Counted from the first letter of the stretch, positions 23,640-37,535 are shown. The stretch: 64,000 nt of DNA from Stegostoma tigrinum (GCF_030684315.1 NC_081362.1:43861744-43925743); one strand, 5' to 3'. A program made the numbers and translations. The notes: generated from the sequence alone by a model not told the origin.

Positions 23640-24772
23640 ACACAGGGAAATGCTGTGGATGTTGATTAGCAATGTGACAGGTTGACTAGCAAATTAGTCG
23701 GCAGCATGGATTAGAAATTGACTAAAAGATAGGAAATAAAGGGGTAGGTATAGATGGCCATTTCTCAAACTGGAGATGAGTTGAAAATGGTGTTCCTCAG
23801 GGATTGGTGTTCAGACCCTGGCTTTCTCTGATCTTCATAAACTTTTTGGAGATGGGTATTGAGGGCAAGATCTCTAAATTTGCAGATGATATTAAACTTA
23901 GGAGAGTAATGAATCATGAGGATGACGCTGATGGATTCAAAGGGACATTGACAAGTTGGCCAAATGGCCAGACACCTGACAGATGAACTTCAATTCAGAG
24001 AAATATGAGATGACGTATTTTGTAGAAGAAATTTGGAGAGACAATACAGATTCAATGGTACAACTACAAGTGAGTACAAGAGCAGAGGGACCTTCTGAGT
24101 GTGACCAGGCAAGTTGAAACAATTGTTAAGAAGATGAGTGGATCCTTGAGTTTACAAATAGAAACATAGAGTATAAAAGCAAACAAGTGTTGCTCCACCT
24201 CTACAGATCATTGATTCGACCATATTTAGAATAGTGTGTTCAATTCTGGGTAAATTGTTTAAGAAAGGATGTTAAAGCCCTGTAGAAAGTGCGAAAGAGA
24301 CTTACTAGAATAATACCTGAAATGAAGGATTTTAAGTATGAGGAATAACAAGAGAACTTGGGCTTGTTTTCTTTGAAGCGGAGAAGATGAAGAGGTGACC
24401 GTATTGAGATGCTGAAAATTCTGAACAACTTTGACAGGATAGAGAAGGATATTCTGTTTCACTACCTGGTTTGTCAGTAACTAGGGGATCACACATTCAA
24501 GGCTGCCAGCAAGAGAGCTAGAAGAGAAATGAGGATAAACTTCTTTATTCAGAGAGTTGTTAGGAATTGGAATGCATTGCCTGGGAATGGGATGGAGGCA
24601 GATTCCATTGGAGGTTTCAAAACAGAGTTGGATATAAATTTGAAAGTGATTAATTTAGAGAGCAATGGAGATAGGACAGAAGACTGGGACTGGCTGGTAG
24701 CTCTTTCAATGCCAGTACAGACACAATGGGTCAAAATACCTCCTTCTATACCATAAAATTCTATGATTCTAT
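23640..24772 (+). mobile_element. Older CR1-type LINE 3' part
   Basis: ISKFADDIKL, FFIQRVVRNWNALP and an attctatgattcta terminal repeat. Confidence 0.85.
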
Positions 24773-26142
24773 AAATTTCTACTCCTGAACACCCTCACAA
24801 CAGCAAGCGCCCTAAATCTCTGCTATCAAAAGGGCTGCATTTACAGTCAATGCCAAGACAGACCCTGTTATTTAGGTCAAACACCTACCCATTGCAAAAG
24901 AACGAGGATCCATAATGGGATATCTGGAAAAAATATATGAAGATGATCCTGATAATGCAGTGTTAAACAAACAAGAGCATATTACTCCATCAACAGATGT
25001 CAATCTTAATTTAAGGTTTTTCTCATTAAACTAAACAAGTTGAAGAATAAAGCTGTATAACTGAATCATTGTGGCAGGTTTCATTCTGTCATGAAATTTG
25101 CTGTTGAGTAAAGCAGATGGCTTGTTTTCCCTTTTACGTCTGTGGTGTGCATTGCTATTTTGGGTTTTCTTAGACCTAGCAACACCAAGGGTCATTGCTT
25201 GAAAATATTGTTAAGAATTTTGGTGGACCAAGTTCTGATTGTTAAAAATATATTAATCAGCTCACCACTATAGTTTGAATTACTTAAGGTATTTTAATGT
25301 TTTCCAGACTTCACAGCATATTGTCTTCATATCAACTGTCTATTGTTTTAAAGTTATAGAAACAAATGCTCATAGAAAATTGTTTGTGTTGAATGAGAAA
25401 ACATCAGCTTTTGTATTATTAAATCACTACATTAGCATTTCTTGATTTGCGTTACAAATTCAGGCCGTACGGTTCAATAATACAATATCTTCCAAGAGAT
25501 TGCAACAATCCTTTCCATGAATATGAATGCAGACAGAAAAGCTATTAAAAAGTAAGACCAAGTTTTTTTTTATGATGCAACTTTTCAACAATTACATTCA
25601 TTCTTTATATAACTACATGTTTCTCTGATTAAATCTTTAATTTCAAGTATAAGTTTAATGAAATACATATTATTGTTAAAATGCTCATACCAGTTCACTA
25701 AGAAAAAGAAAGTACTTTTTTTCATTTTCATGCTGAAGTTTGACCCAGATTTTGTAAGTGTAATACACTATAATTTATTCACTGTAAGAGAATGAGTATG
25801 TTATTAGTATGGTGAAACCAAGAGACTGAAATGAACTACTTGACCTAAATACATTTCGTTACAAAGCTTCTGATTAGTTAATCATAAGTGGTCTTTACAG
25901 GTCCTACCTGGAATCTTCAGCAGAGGCAAATGTGGTATTTTGCCAATGCTGACAATTTTATTTCCTTCTTTTTACTCAGCAGGATAGCCAGGAAAAGAGC
26001 TATCAAAACATTTAAATCATTGGATTTTAAACTAGATTTCTGACCTTCAAAATAATGGAAACTACAGTTTCTCTTTCTGAAATGTTTAAATCCTCTCCAT
26101 CGTTCTGGTCTTCTATCTTAAACGAGACAAAGTCCAAGATGC

Positions 26143-28482
26143 TCAACCTCAACCTCTCCACCCCTCTCACCCACTCCAACCTCTCCCCCGCAGAACGGGC
26201 AGCCCTCCGCTCCCTCCATTCCAACCCCAACCTCACGATCAAACCCGCAGACAAGGGTGGCGCAGTGGTAGTATGGCGCACTGACCTCTACATCGCTGAG
26301 GCCAGACACCAACTCTCCGACACCACCTCCTACCACCCCCTCGATCATGACCCCACACCCGAGCACCAAACCATCATCTCCAACACCATTCACGACCTCA
26401 TCACCTCAGGGGACCTCCCACCCACAGCCTCCAACCTCATTGTTCCCCAACCCCGCACGGCCCGTTTCTATCCCCTTCCCAAAATCCACAAACCTGCCTG
26501 CCCTGGTCGACCCATCGTCTCAGCCTGCTCCTGCCCCAACGAACTCATCTCCACCTATCTGGACTCCATTTTCTCCCCTTTGGTCCAGGAACTCCCTACC
26601 TACGTCCGTGACACCACCCACGCCCTCCACCTCCTCCAGGACTTCCAATTCCTGGCCCCCAACACCTCATATTCACCATGGACATCCAATCCCTATACAC
26701 CTGCATTCCGCATGCAGATGGCCTCAAGGCCCTCCACTTCTTCCTGTCCCACAGGCCCGACCAGTCCCCCTCCACTGACACTCTCATCCGCCTAGCTGAA
26801 CTCGTCCTCACCCTCAACAACTTCTCTTTTGACTCCTCCCACTTCCTACAGACTAAGGGGGTGGCCATGGGCACCCGCATGGGCCCCAGCTATGCCTGCC
26901 TCTTTGTAGGTTACGTGGAACAGTCCCTCTTCCGCACCTACACAGGCCCCAAACCCCACCTCTTCCTCCGTTACCTTGATGACTGTATCGGCGCCGCCTC
27001 TTGCTCCCCAGAGGAGCTCGAACAGTTCATCCACTTCACCAACACCTTCCACCCCAACCTTCAGTTCACCTGGGCCATCTCCAGCACATCCCTCACCTTC
27101 CTGGACCTCTCAGTCTCCATCTCAGGTAACCAGCTCGTAACTGATGTCCATTTCAAACCCACCGACTCCCACAGCTACCTAGAATACACCTCCTCCCACC
27201 CATACTCCTGCAAAAATTCCATCCCCTATTCCCAATTCCTCCGCCTCCGCCGCATCTGCTCCCACGATAAGACATTCCACTCCCGCACATCCCAGATGTC
27301 CAAGTTCTTTAAGGACCGCAACTTTCCCCCCACAGTGATCGAGAACACCCTTGACCGCGTCTCCCGTATTTCCCGCAACACATCCCTCACACCCCGCCCC
27401 CGCCACAACCGCCCTAAGAGGATCCCCCTTGTTCTCACACACCACCCTACCAACCTCCGGATACAACGCATCATCCTCCGACACTTCCGCCATTTACAAT
27501 CCGACCCCACCACCCAAGACATTTTTCCATCCCCACCCCTGTCTGCTTTCCGGAGAGACCACTCTCTCTGTGACTCCCTTGTTCGCTCCACACTGCCCTC
27601 CAACCCCACCACACCCGGCACCTTCCCCTGCAACCGCAGGAAATGCTACACTTGCCCCCACACCTCCTCCCTCACCCCTATCCCAGGCCCCAAGATGACA
27701 TTCCACATTAAGCAGAGGTTCACCTGCACATCTGCCAATGTGGTATACTGCATCCATTGTACCTGGTGCGCCTTCCTCTACATTGGGGAAACCAAGCAGA
27801 GGCTTGGAGACTGCTTTGCAGATCACCTCCGCTCAGTTTGCAACAAACAACTGCACCTCCCAGTCGCAAACCATTTCCACTCCCCCTCCCATTCTCTAGA
27901 TGACCTGTCCATCATGGGCCTCCTGCTCTGCCACAATGATGCCACCCGAAGGTTGCAGGAACAGCAACTCATATTCCGCCTGGGAACCCTGCAGCCTAAT
28001 GGTATCAATGTGGACTTCACCAGTTTCAAAATCTCCCCTTCCCCTACTGCATCCCAAAACCAGCCCAGTTCGTCCCCTCCCCCCACTGCACCACACAACC
28101 AGCCCAGCTCTTCCCCCCCCACCCACTGCATCCCAAAACCAGTCCAACCTGTCTCTGCCTCCCTAACCGGTTCTTCCTCTCACCCATCCCTTCCTCCCAC
28201 CCCAAGTCGCACCCCCATCTACCTACTAACCTCATCCCACCTCCTTGACCTGTCCGTCCTCCCTGGACTGACCTATCCCCTCCCTATCTCCCCACCTATA
28301 CTCTCTCCACCTACCTTCTTTACTCTCCCTCTTCAGTCCGCCTCCCCCTCTCCCTATTTATTCCAGTTCCCTCTCCCCATCCCCCTCTCTGATGAAGGGT
28401 CTAGGCCCGAAACGTCAGCTTTTGTGCTCCTGAGATGCTGCTTGGCCTGCTGTGTTCATCCAGCCTCACATTTTATTATCTT
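26143..28482 (+). mobile_element. Penelope-like element (Neptune-type linker), 5'-truncated, near-intact RT + GIY-YIG, 14-bp TSD
   Basis: TIKPADKGGAVVVW, PKIHK..CPGRPIVS, MDIQSLYT, QTKGVAMGTRMGPSYACLF, RYLDD, FLD, PCNRRKCYTC, NVVYCIHC..C..LYIGETK. One frameshift near 26652. TSD AAAGTCCAAGATGC at 26129-26142 and 28483-28496. Confidence 0.95.
28389..28416 (+). ncRNA. Minimal hammerhead ribozyme motif at the PLE 3' end
   Basis: CTGATGA-A-GGGTC-TA-GGCCC-GAAAC-GTC: intact catalytic core, palindromic ACGT at stem III, only ~2 bp of local stem I. Confidence 0.8.
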
Positions 28483-29009
28483 AAAGTCCAAGATGCAATT
28501 TGTTTTGCCAAGCAGCTTCCAGCAATTGGCTCCTGAGCATGTTGGCCGTTCTTCAGCAGTGAGCCCAGACAGTGAGTAATGGCAAGTTATTGACTATGTT
28601 GATCACATTTGGTAAAATGCATTGATCCAATTTTAGGACATACATGCATACGTACACAGTGTAATACTCAAGTCACTCGCTGCAATCAAAGTTAAAAACC
28701 TGTTTGATTTTCTGCACCCCAACACCATGATGATAAAAGCAACTAATTCTCATATGAGTACCCCAGTTTAGGACAAGCGACTCAGAAATAAATAGATTTC
28801 AAGGCTGGAATTGTCCCACATTGTGTAGTTCGTCTTCATTGCCCACAATGAGCCTCAGAAATGAGAGAATTGGAGAAGAAATGTTATAATTATACAGTTA
28901 ACTGTACCTATTGTTTTGCATTGAACATCTACCACAATTTATTTTATATGAATCCCTGAAAATAAACTTGCACATCATTGCTCTTTAATGGACAGCAGAC
29001 ACTTATCAG

Positions 29010-31740
29010 TCAGACAAGCAGGAGGCTGGAAGAACACAGCAAACCAGGCAGCATCTGGAGGAAAGAAGCAGTCAACATTTTAGTATTATTCTTCTTCAGG
29101 ACTGGATATGGGGGTAGGGGAAGCTGCAGATAAAGTTGGGGGGGGGGGGGGGGAAAGAGGGGGATAGTGAAATGGTGGTGATAGTTGGACACTGGTAGGA
29201 GGCACAACCTAGTTGGTTTCTGGAGGAATGACTCCACTTGGTAGCTGGAAGGGAGGGTCAGTAGGTGGAGTGGAAGGGAGAAGGTGGGGCTGGAAGGGGA
29301 GCCGGGAGGTGGGTCTTTTGAAATTGGAGAGCAAAGTGTTGAGTCTGTCTGGCTTTAGAGTGCCCAGGCAGAAGATAAAGGTGTTGTTTTCAAATTTGCC
29401 TTCTGAATCACTGCAACACTGCAGGAGGCCAAGGACAGACATATCAGAGAGGGGTTAGAGGGATAAAGTCAAAATGGGCAGTGGTAGGGAGGTTACACTG
29501 CCCATTATGGGCCAGGCAAAGATGCTTGGTAAAACAGTCACCTATTCCACATTTGGTCTCACCAACTTACAGAAGACCACATTGGGAGAACCAGATGCAG
29601 CGCACTATGTTAGAGGAGATGCAAGTGAAGCTGTCTCACTTGGAAGGGCAGTTAAGGGCCCTGAATGTAGGTGAGGGAGGTGGTGTGTGGACAGGTGTTA
29701 CATCTTTTAGGTTACAGGGGACAGTACCAGGCAGGTTGGATTAGTTGGTGGGGAGTGTGGTGCAAACTTAGGAGTGGTGAAGGGGATGGTCCTTATGGAA
29801 AGCAAAGAAGGGTGGGGGTGGAAGATGTTCTGGGTGGTGGGGTCTAATTGGAGTTGGTGGAAGTGTTTGAGGATGATGCATTGGATGTGGAGGCTGGTTG
29901 AATGGAAAATGAGGACAAGGGGGAACCCTACCTTTATGTTTGGAAGGGAGAGCAGGCTTAGAGCTATGAAGCTGGGAATGGAGGATGCACAGTGAAGGGC
30001 TGTCTGGATGTGAGAGAGTGGGGAAGAGAGCATTGTTTAAAAAGGCGGACATCTGAGCTGATGGGAGTGGAACATCTCCCTGTCAGAACAGATCCGATGG
30101 ACACAGGAATTGGGAAGATAGGATGGCGTTTTTGCAGGATACTGGGTGGGAGAATATGTAGTCTAGGTAGCTATGAGTGTCAGTGGGTTTATAGTAAATG
30201 TCAGTCCATAAACTGTCACCAGAAATGGAGAGGTCAAGAAAGGGGAGGGAGGTATCTGAGTTTGACCAAGTAGATTCGAGAGAGGGTGAGAGCTGTTAGC
30301 AAAGTTTATGAACTGTTCCAGTTCAGACCTTGTGTGGATGCAGTTCTGACACAGTCAATTAACTGCAGAAGATTTGGGGAACAGTCCCAGTGTATGTACT
30401 GAAGAGAGATTGTTCAACATAACTGACAAAGAGGAAGGCATAGCCAGGGCCCATGCGAGTGCCCATGGCAACTCCCTAGATTTGAAGAAGTTGGAAGAAT
30501 TGAGGGAAAATCCATTGAAGCTGACGACTAGTTTGGCAAGGCAGAGGATGATATTGGTAGGGAGGACTGGATGGGTCTGTTGGAGAGGAAAAAAACTAAG
30601 GGTCTGTAGACTGTCCTTGTTGGGTATGGACGTGTATAGGGATTGAAAGTCTATAGTAAAGATGAAGTGTTGTGGGCCTGGGAACTGAAGTTTCCACAGA
30701 GGTAGACGGCGTGGTTTGTAGATAGGGAGTGCACAGGCCAAATGGGAGAGGACAGAGTTGAAGCAGGAAGAGATGGGTTCAGTGGTGCAGGGGCATGCTG
30801 AGACAATGGGTAGGCCAGGGTAATGGGTTTGTGGATCTTAGGGAACAGGTAGAACCGGACACTGTGGGGCTGGGGGGCTAAGGCTGGAGGTGGTGGTGGA
30901 GGGGAGGTCACCAGACACAATGAGGTCATGGATAGTGTGGGAGATGGTAGCTTGATGGGCCATAGTGGGATTGTGATCAGGGAGAGGTAGAATGTGGTGA
31001 TGGAGAGTTTGCAATCAGCCTCTGTAATAAAGAGGTTCATCCTCCAGACTACCATTCTACCACCTTTGTCAGTGGGTTTGATAGTGAAATGGGGATTGGT
31101 GCATAGAGAGTATAGCACTGCATGTTCAGTGAGGGAGAAGTTGTAGTGGGTGATGGAGGTTGAAGAAAGAGGTGGTCAATGTCACATTGGCAGTTAGCAA
31201 TGAAGAGGCCCAAGGCAGGTAATAGGCCAGCAGGGGGTGTCCAAGAGGAGAAGGAAGATTTGAGGCAGGAGAAGGGGTCCCCAGGTGGTGGTTGGGAGTC
31301 TTTATTGAAGGTGGCATGGAGATAGAGGTGGCAGGAGAAGAGTTCCACATCATGACAGGCACAGAACTCATTGAGATGAGAGCAGAGAGGCACAAAGGTG
31401 AGCCCTTTACTGAGGGCAGACCATTTGGCCTCAGAGTTTAAAGTCACAGGGAACAGTGACTATGCAGCAAGGTTCAGGGATCAGATTTTGGGGAGTCTTG
31501 AAGTTGAAGAAAGAGACAGGGGGAGGGCAATAGCATGTGGTGGGTGCCAGATAGATGGGCTGTGGAGGGAGCTCAGTAGGTCTGAGAGGGAAAGGAGAGT
31601 TGGAGCATGGTGGGCTGGAGAATTAGATGCATGGAGGGGTGTGAGAGAGATGAGATAGAGACAAGTGAGGAGAGGTGGATGGTTAGGGTGTGAAGTGGGG
31701 GCAGACAGATAAGGAGGGAGAGGCATGCTGGCTAGCTGTG
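29010..31740 (-). mobile_element. Older, degenerate Penelope-like element
   Basis: Minus-strand fragments SALSKGLTFVP, FTIKPTDKGG, PKIHKP, IDFQSLYTSIP, PLVLIFH and LGTLKP, collinear with the 26143-28482 element. Confidence 0.88.
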
Positions 31741-31789
31741 AGTGGGCAGTGGGAATCCCATAGCTACCTAGACTAGCTGTGGGCTCATA

Positions 31790-32290
31790 ACGGCCAGCCT
31801 AACCTCCCGCTCACTGCCCATTTCAACCCCTCCAACATGTCTGTCCTCAGCCTCCTGCTGTGTCAGTGATTCAGAATGCAAATTTGAGGAACAACACCTT
31901 ACCTTCTGCCTGGGCATCCTACAGCTCAGACGACTCAACTTTGAGTTCCCTAATTTCAAACCGTCCATCCACTAGCTCCCCTTACAGCCCCAATTCCTTC
32001 CTTCTATTCCACATTCTGACCCTCCCTTCCAACTGCCAATCAGATTTATCCCTCTCATCGACCAACCACATTGTAGCTACCACCAGTGTCCACCTATCAT
32101 CACCATTCCACTAATTCCTCTGCCCGCCCCCTATCTGCAGCTCCTCCTAACTCCACATCCAGACTTGATGAAGGGTAATACCCGAAATGTTAACTTTTCC
32201 TTTTCTCCAGATGCTGCCGGGCTTTCTGTGTTTTTCCAGCCTCCTGTCTGTCTCCCTTGCATTCCAGTATCTGTTGTTTTTTTTGTCTTT
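31790..32290 (+). mobile_element. Inverted 3'-end copy of the PLE, abutting the 5' side of the 29010-31740 copy
   Basis: GIY-YIG C-terminal remnant, pyrimidine tract, TTGATGAAGGG...CCCGAAATGT at ~32166-32190 and AGATGCTGCC tail. Confidence 0.75.
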
Positions 32291-33589
32291 GACTTATTTT
32301 GGTCATTCTGCTTGGCATTTTTGACATTCCAAATTGAAAAATAATCAAAATAACTTTTTCCAAAAATACCTTGGCTTTTTTTAACATTAATTAATTGAGT
32401 TATTCACTGGAAAGCCATTCTCAATCTGTAAAATTCAATAAGCAGAACACACATGATAAAATGTACAGAGGCATCTTGGAATTATTACGTTTTTCCCAAT
32501 CAGCAGGCAAGAATACAATGCCCTCCGCTCAAACAACAAATGTAAGTAAGCCATCCAATACTAAAATATAAATATCGTACTATGCATTAACATGTATAGA
32601 GAAGGTTTAGACTCTAAATGAAGGAAGCGTGGAACTAATTTTCAAAATTTGACGTTTCCAGCACATTCCATTTAAATTGTCTGAATCTGGCCTGTTATAA
32701 ATTCCAACAGAAAATAATTGAGAATTGGATGAATTTTATTTCCTAGGAAAAGATGCAAATTGTATGACATTACCCTCTTCCTTTGCTGTTGAATAATTAT
32801 ACAAATAATTTGCTGATGTGTAAGTGCTGTTCTAGTGTCACATGACATAATAACCATTCCTATGTACCGGAAGTAACATTCAGAGGATGTTCTATTTCAC
32901 CATTGGAACTGAGATAAAAGAAATGTTCTGCCTATTGAGAGATCAGACAAACAATTGAATGTATCAGTTAATATGGGATTGTCCGCCACTTAGAACAAGG
33001 ACACCTTATTTATATAATGCTTTAGTTTGACAAACAGTGCACAGTCTAAGCAAAACAGTCCTTTACTTTCTAGAAAATTAAATTGCCCACACCAAGTACA
33101 CCACAAAATTCGGCTTTACAGATTTCCAAGCATTGGAGCAGTTCAAAAAGGCTGAAATCATTTTCATCTCTCTTTATCCTGCAACATTTTTACACATCTG
33201 AAATTCAGGACTAAACAGAAATATCATGGAATAATAAAACCAATTACAGAACTGATTTAAAAATGTCACAGAATGATATTTTCCCAGTATCTTGGAGCTG
33301 GAACAAGATATGACTCACTGATCAGTTTGTCCTCTAAAACTTTATTTTCACCAACGAGAGAATAATTTCCAGCCTTAACAGAATAGCATGTGTTACTTAA
33401 CATAAATATCACAAATTCTGTTAATAAATGAAAATGAGCTGGATTCAGTACACTGCATGAACTTTAAAAGCTAAGGGTCATCAATGAAATTAAGTTTTTC
33501 TAATCATGCTGGCGCTTACTTCAATAGATGGTCTTTTTTCAAGACTTTTTCATTTTGCTCCCATCTTCCTGCTGGCTTCCCTCACAGTG

Positions 33590-33890
33590 GATTAGATTCC
33601 CTACAGTGTGGAAACAGGTCCTTTGGCCCAACAAGTCCACACTGCCCCTTGCAGCATCCCACCCAGACCTATCCCCCTATAACCCACACACCCCTGAACA
33701 CTACGGGCAATTTAGCATGGCCAATCCACCTAACTTGCACATCTTTGGACTGTGGGAGGAAACCGGAGCACCCGGAGGAAACCTATGCAGAGATGGGGAG
33801 GATGTGCAAACTCTACATGGGCAGTTACCCAAGGCGAACCCGGGTCCCTGGCGTTGTGAGGCTGCAGTGCTGACCACTGAGCCGCTGTGC
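33590..33890 (-). mobile_element. Near full-length HE1/V-SINE-type tRNA-derived SINE
   Basis: Antisense: GCACAGCGGCTCAGTGGTCAGCACTGCAGCCTCACAACGCCAGGGACCCGGGTTCG, central GGTTTCCTCCGGGTGCTCCGGTTTCCTCCCACAGTCCAAAGATGTGC and a CR1-like 3' tail. Confidence 0.85.
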
Positions 33891-35542
33891 ATCTGGGGAC
33901 AGCAAACCATGCTCCCTTTTTCACAGCAGCCTGCTGCCATACTCTGTGATTTTAAAGGTCCAACATCACAGACAACCACTTTGTCAGCTTCTGAGAAAGG
34001 GTAAATGCATGAGGTAAGTGTGAGATTAGAATGCCAGCAAGATAAAATGCCAGGTTGGTGGGGGTAGTGTAGGTAGGGTGCCAGGGTAGATGTTGGAAAG
34101 AGGGCCACATAAGTGGTGAAGTTTTTAGGTTAGGTAGGGCTCAGTGAGAGATAGCAGATCTGACAGGGAGTGTCACAACCCAGGGAGACTCAAGGGGAGA
34201 ATGCAAAATGTAAACTACCATCCCCTAGATGGCGGACATATCAGGAGGAGCTCAACATCAGAAGACAGTCTTTGTCAGGTTCTCTTTGTAACTAGCAGTC
34301 CTTATCAGGTAGTTACCTTTGCTAGGTAGATGCTGATCCAGAAGTGAAGTAGAAAGATCCGGGAAGAACAGGGTACTGTCTTCTCAACTTTAACAAAACC
34401 AACAGAGTTTCGGCCAACAGGATGTACATCTTGTGTGACAAATTGTTCCTCAATTATTATAGTTGTATACTTCATTTGTCTAATCAAATAAGCCATCATA
34501 TTGAACCTGCTGTTTCTTATAAAACTTAATAAACTTTCTGAAAATTCTTTACAAATGGGCAACTACCTGTATTTAGGTAACGATAGTCACAAACTCCAAT
34601 ATCTAATACGATACACCACGCCTATATTGAGCCCTGCTTGTCATGTCCTCCCTCTTGCTACAGGCAGAAGGCTTCCCTGCTGTAGGAGTTCCAGACATTA
34701 GTGCATTTTTATAAAGCAATCATGCTCCAGGTCATGCACTGGCCATCCAGAGCTGCCCCTACAGGCCAAAATGGGATCAGTCAGAAGAGGGGCAGGATTT
34801 GTGAACCTCTGTTCAGCTCGCCATATTTATAGGTCCGTGCAATGTCCAAGATTCCACAATTTTCTGGGTCTTAATTTTTAATTGCATTTAACTTAAATCT
34901 TGCGTCATTTTTAAAACTTCCCTTTTTCTGTCTATTTACTGGTTAACTTAGCGTAGTTTCCTCTTCACTTCTTTTTCAATAATGTTCTGACTCTAATATA
35001 TTTTATAACCTAACTTTCTGTCAGACTTTGCTAATAAAGGATATAATTGAATAGAATTAATAAAGGAGCTCCAAGCTCATCTTCTTTATAATAAAATATG
35101 AAAATTAAACATTGCTAATCAGATACAAGAAGTTGAAGCTTTTTTACTTGCACTCATCAGGACCCAGATGCAAGAAAAAGATTTGAAAAATGGGACACCA
35201 ATTCAAACAGCATGAGAAGAAGTTGCTGGTTTGTTGGGTTAACACTGACATGGAGATGCAGCAAGTATAGTTAACTATCAATCTCAGTTTGCAGGCCAGG
35301 CAGATAGACTCTGAATGTATAGGGTGTTGTCATGGAAATACAGAAGAAATTGATAGCCTTCAAAAGCCCTCATTTTCTCCATGGAAAAGGTGCATTATAT
35401 GGATGAACTCAGGGATGAAACAATCAGGGACAAGTGCATTCATAAATGCAGCTTTTAGCATGTGCTAATGAATCCTACTCTGACCCTGACTGATCATTTT
35501 AAATTGTTTTCTGTTTTCTTTAATCCCATTATCAAAAGAAAG

Positions 35543-36280
35543 ATAGATAACAAGGTGTAGAGCTGGATGAACACAGCGGGCCAAGCAGCATCAGTGGAGC
35601 AGGAAGGCTGACGTTTCGGGCCTAGACCCTTCTTCAAAATTCTGGCTTTGCAGAACACCTCCGCTCGGTTTGCAATAAACAACTGCACCTCCCAGTCGTG
35701 AACCATTTTAACTCCCCCTCCCATTCCTTAGACGACAGGTCCATCATGGGCCTCCTGCAGTGCCACAATGATGCCGCCTGAAGGTTGCAGGAACAGCAAC
35801 TCATATTCCGCTTGGGAACCCTGCTGTCCAATGGTATCAATGTGGACGTCACAAGTTTCAAAATCTCCCCTTCCCCCACCGCATCCCAAAACCACTCCAG
35901 TTCGTCCCCTCCCCCCACTGCATCCCAAAACCAGTCCAGCTCGTCACCGCCTCCCTAACCTGTTCTTCCTCTCACCTATCCCCTCCTCCCACCTCAAGCC
36001 GCACCTCCATATCCCACCTACTAACTTCATCCCGTCTCCTTGACCTGTCCATCCTCCCCGAACTGACCTATCCCCTCCCCACCTCCCCTCTACACTCTCC
36101 GCTCCACTTATCTTCTCCTCTATCCATCTTCGGTCCACCTCCCCCTCTCTCCCTATTTATTTCAGAATTCTCTCCCCAACCCCCTCTCTGATGAAAGGTC
36201 TAGGCCCAAAATGTCAGCTTTTGTGCTCCTGAGATGCTGCTTGGCGTGCTGGGTTCATCCAGCTTCACACTTTGTTATCT
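35543..36280 (+). mobile_element. PLE 3' fragment with a short inverted 3' arm at its 5' side
   Basis: 35543-35638 is antisense tail plus hammerhead. 35645-36280 is sense GIY-YIG C-terminus, sub-repeats, hammerhead (~36188) and tail. Confidence 0.88.
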
Positions 36281-37411
36281 GTTATGCCATGCTACTTTAT
36301 GCTAATGCAAAGCCAAGTGGCTTATTGTGGTTGTCATCAGAAATCAGTCAAAGGGGGTGAACATTTTGCTATATGACACTGTACTATCTCAATCTCATAC
36401 ATACAGTGTGTGTCAGTGGTATACACCACAAACATACTACATGTTCTTCAACCAAGTGGACAAGTCTCAAGGTCAAAGGTCTTTAATCAGGTTGGGGTGG
36501 GTGACATTAGTCCGAGGTTCCTAATATAGTCAGTCAAGGGCAAAGTTTGATTGAAATCCAGGGCCTTGGGCCTGGTCAGCCATCTACTGGAGGTGGTCCG
36601 GGTAAGGTCTCCATCTCATTACGGTCTAGGAGTGGGCCACTGTTAGTTAAAAATTTGGAGGATCCACAGAACATGTGATAGTGAGGTGTTCGGAGAACAG
36701 TCTGGGGTCTGGATAGTCATCATTTGGGACTGCCCATGCAAAGTCCTGGGGGGGAGGCCGCAGTTAGTTCTTAGGGTGTGTGAAATGCAAGTCAAGAGGG
36801 GAGATGTTAATCAAGGTGTGGCAAGGAAGTGCGGAATTCAATGCTGGGGATTGGTGGCATCAAAATGAGATGCAGAATGGCCAAGCATGGCGGAGAAGGA
36901 GAATTTGGAAAATAATGGTGGGGAGATTGGTGCATCCACAAGTATGGAATGCTGCAGTCGGGGGGTTATTGGTTTTTCACCACCACTATGATCTCAATGG
37001 GGTGGGCTGGGGAGGTGTTGGTAGTGTATGTATTCAGGACTACAGTGAAGGAATGGAGCTCAAAGGATAAAGATAAGATCGGCGGTCATATGTCCAGGTG
37101 TTGGATTGAAACTTGGTGGACTTGTCGAGATTATCTACGAGGTAGAAAGGGAAACAGAGGTTCAGGATGAATGGGGGTGGGGTATTGGAGATGGGTTCTG
37201 GGGATGGCAGTCCCTGAAATACCAGGCTGAACCTGCAAATCAATGTGCCAGGAGTAACCGGCATTTCCTGCCATTTTCAGTTGACTTTTAAATGTGACTG
37301 CAATCATATTGAGAGTGAACAGGGTCAATTTTTGTTTCTTGTCCCAATATTTAGGCTCCTCTTGTGAACCTTGGAAGGTGGCAATTGCATTAATCATGCA
37401 CTTGCAGAGTA

Positions 37412-37535
37412 TAAAAGCAAAAATTGTGGATGTTGAAAATCTGAAATAGAGACAGAGAATTTCAGAGAAACTCAGCAGGTCTGCAGACAGAAATAGAGCT
37501 AATGTTTCAAGTCTGATATGACTCTTCTTCAGAAC
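37412..37535 (-). mobile_element. Degenerate family-B hammerhead monomer
   Basis: gagaaactcagcaggtctg...aatgtttcaagtctgatatgactcttcttcag (antisense CTGAAGAAG...GAAAC). Confidence 0.6.

Noticed and set aside
28030-28579. Long C-terminal extension of the 633-aa PLE ORF through the hammerhead and past the TSD
   Set aside because: The C-rich strand rarely forms stop codons, sister copies are open in other frames, and the end lies in flanking DNA.
33820-33890. tRNA-like sequence (also 1-76)
   Set aside because: It is a SINE head followed by SINE body; there is no complete cloverleaf.
34305-34570. Possible minus-strand exon or 85-aa ORF
   Set aside because: No recognisable protein, and a stop lies immediately after the candidate acceptor in two frames.
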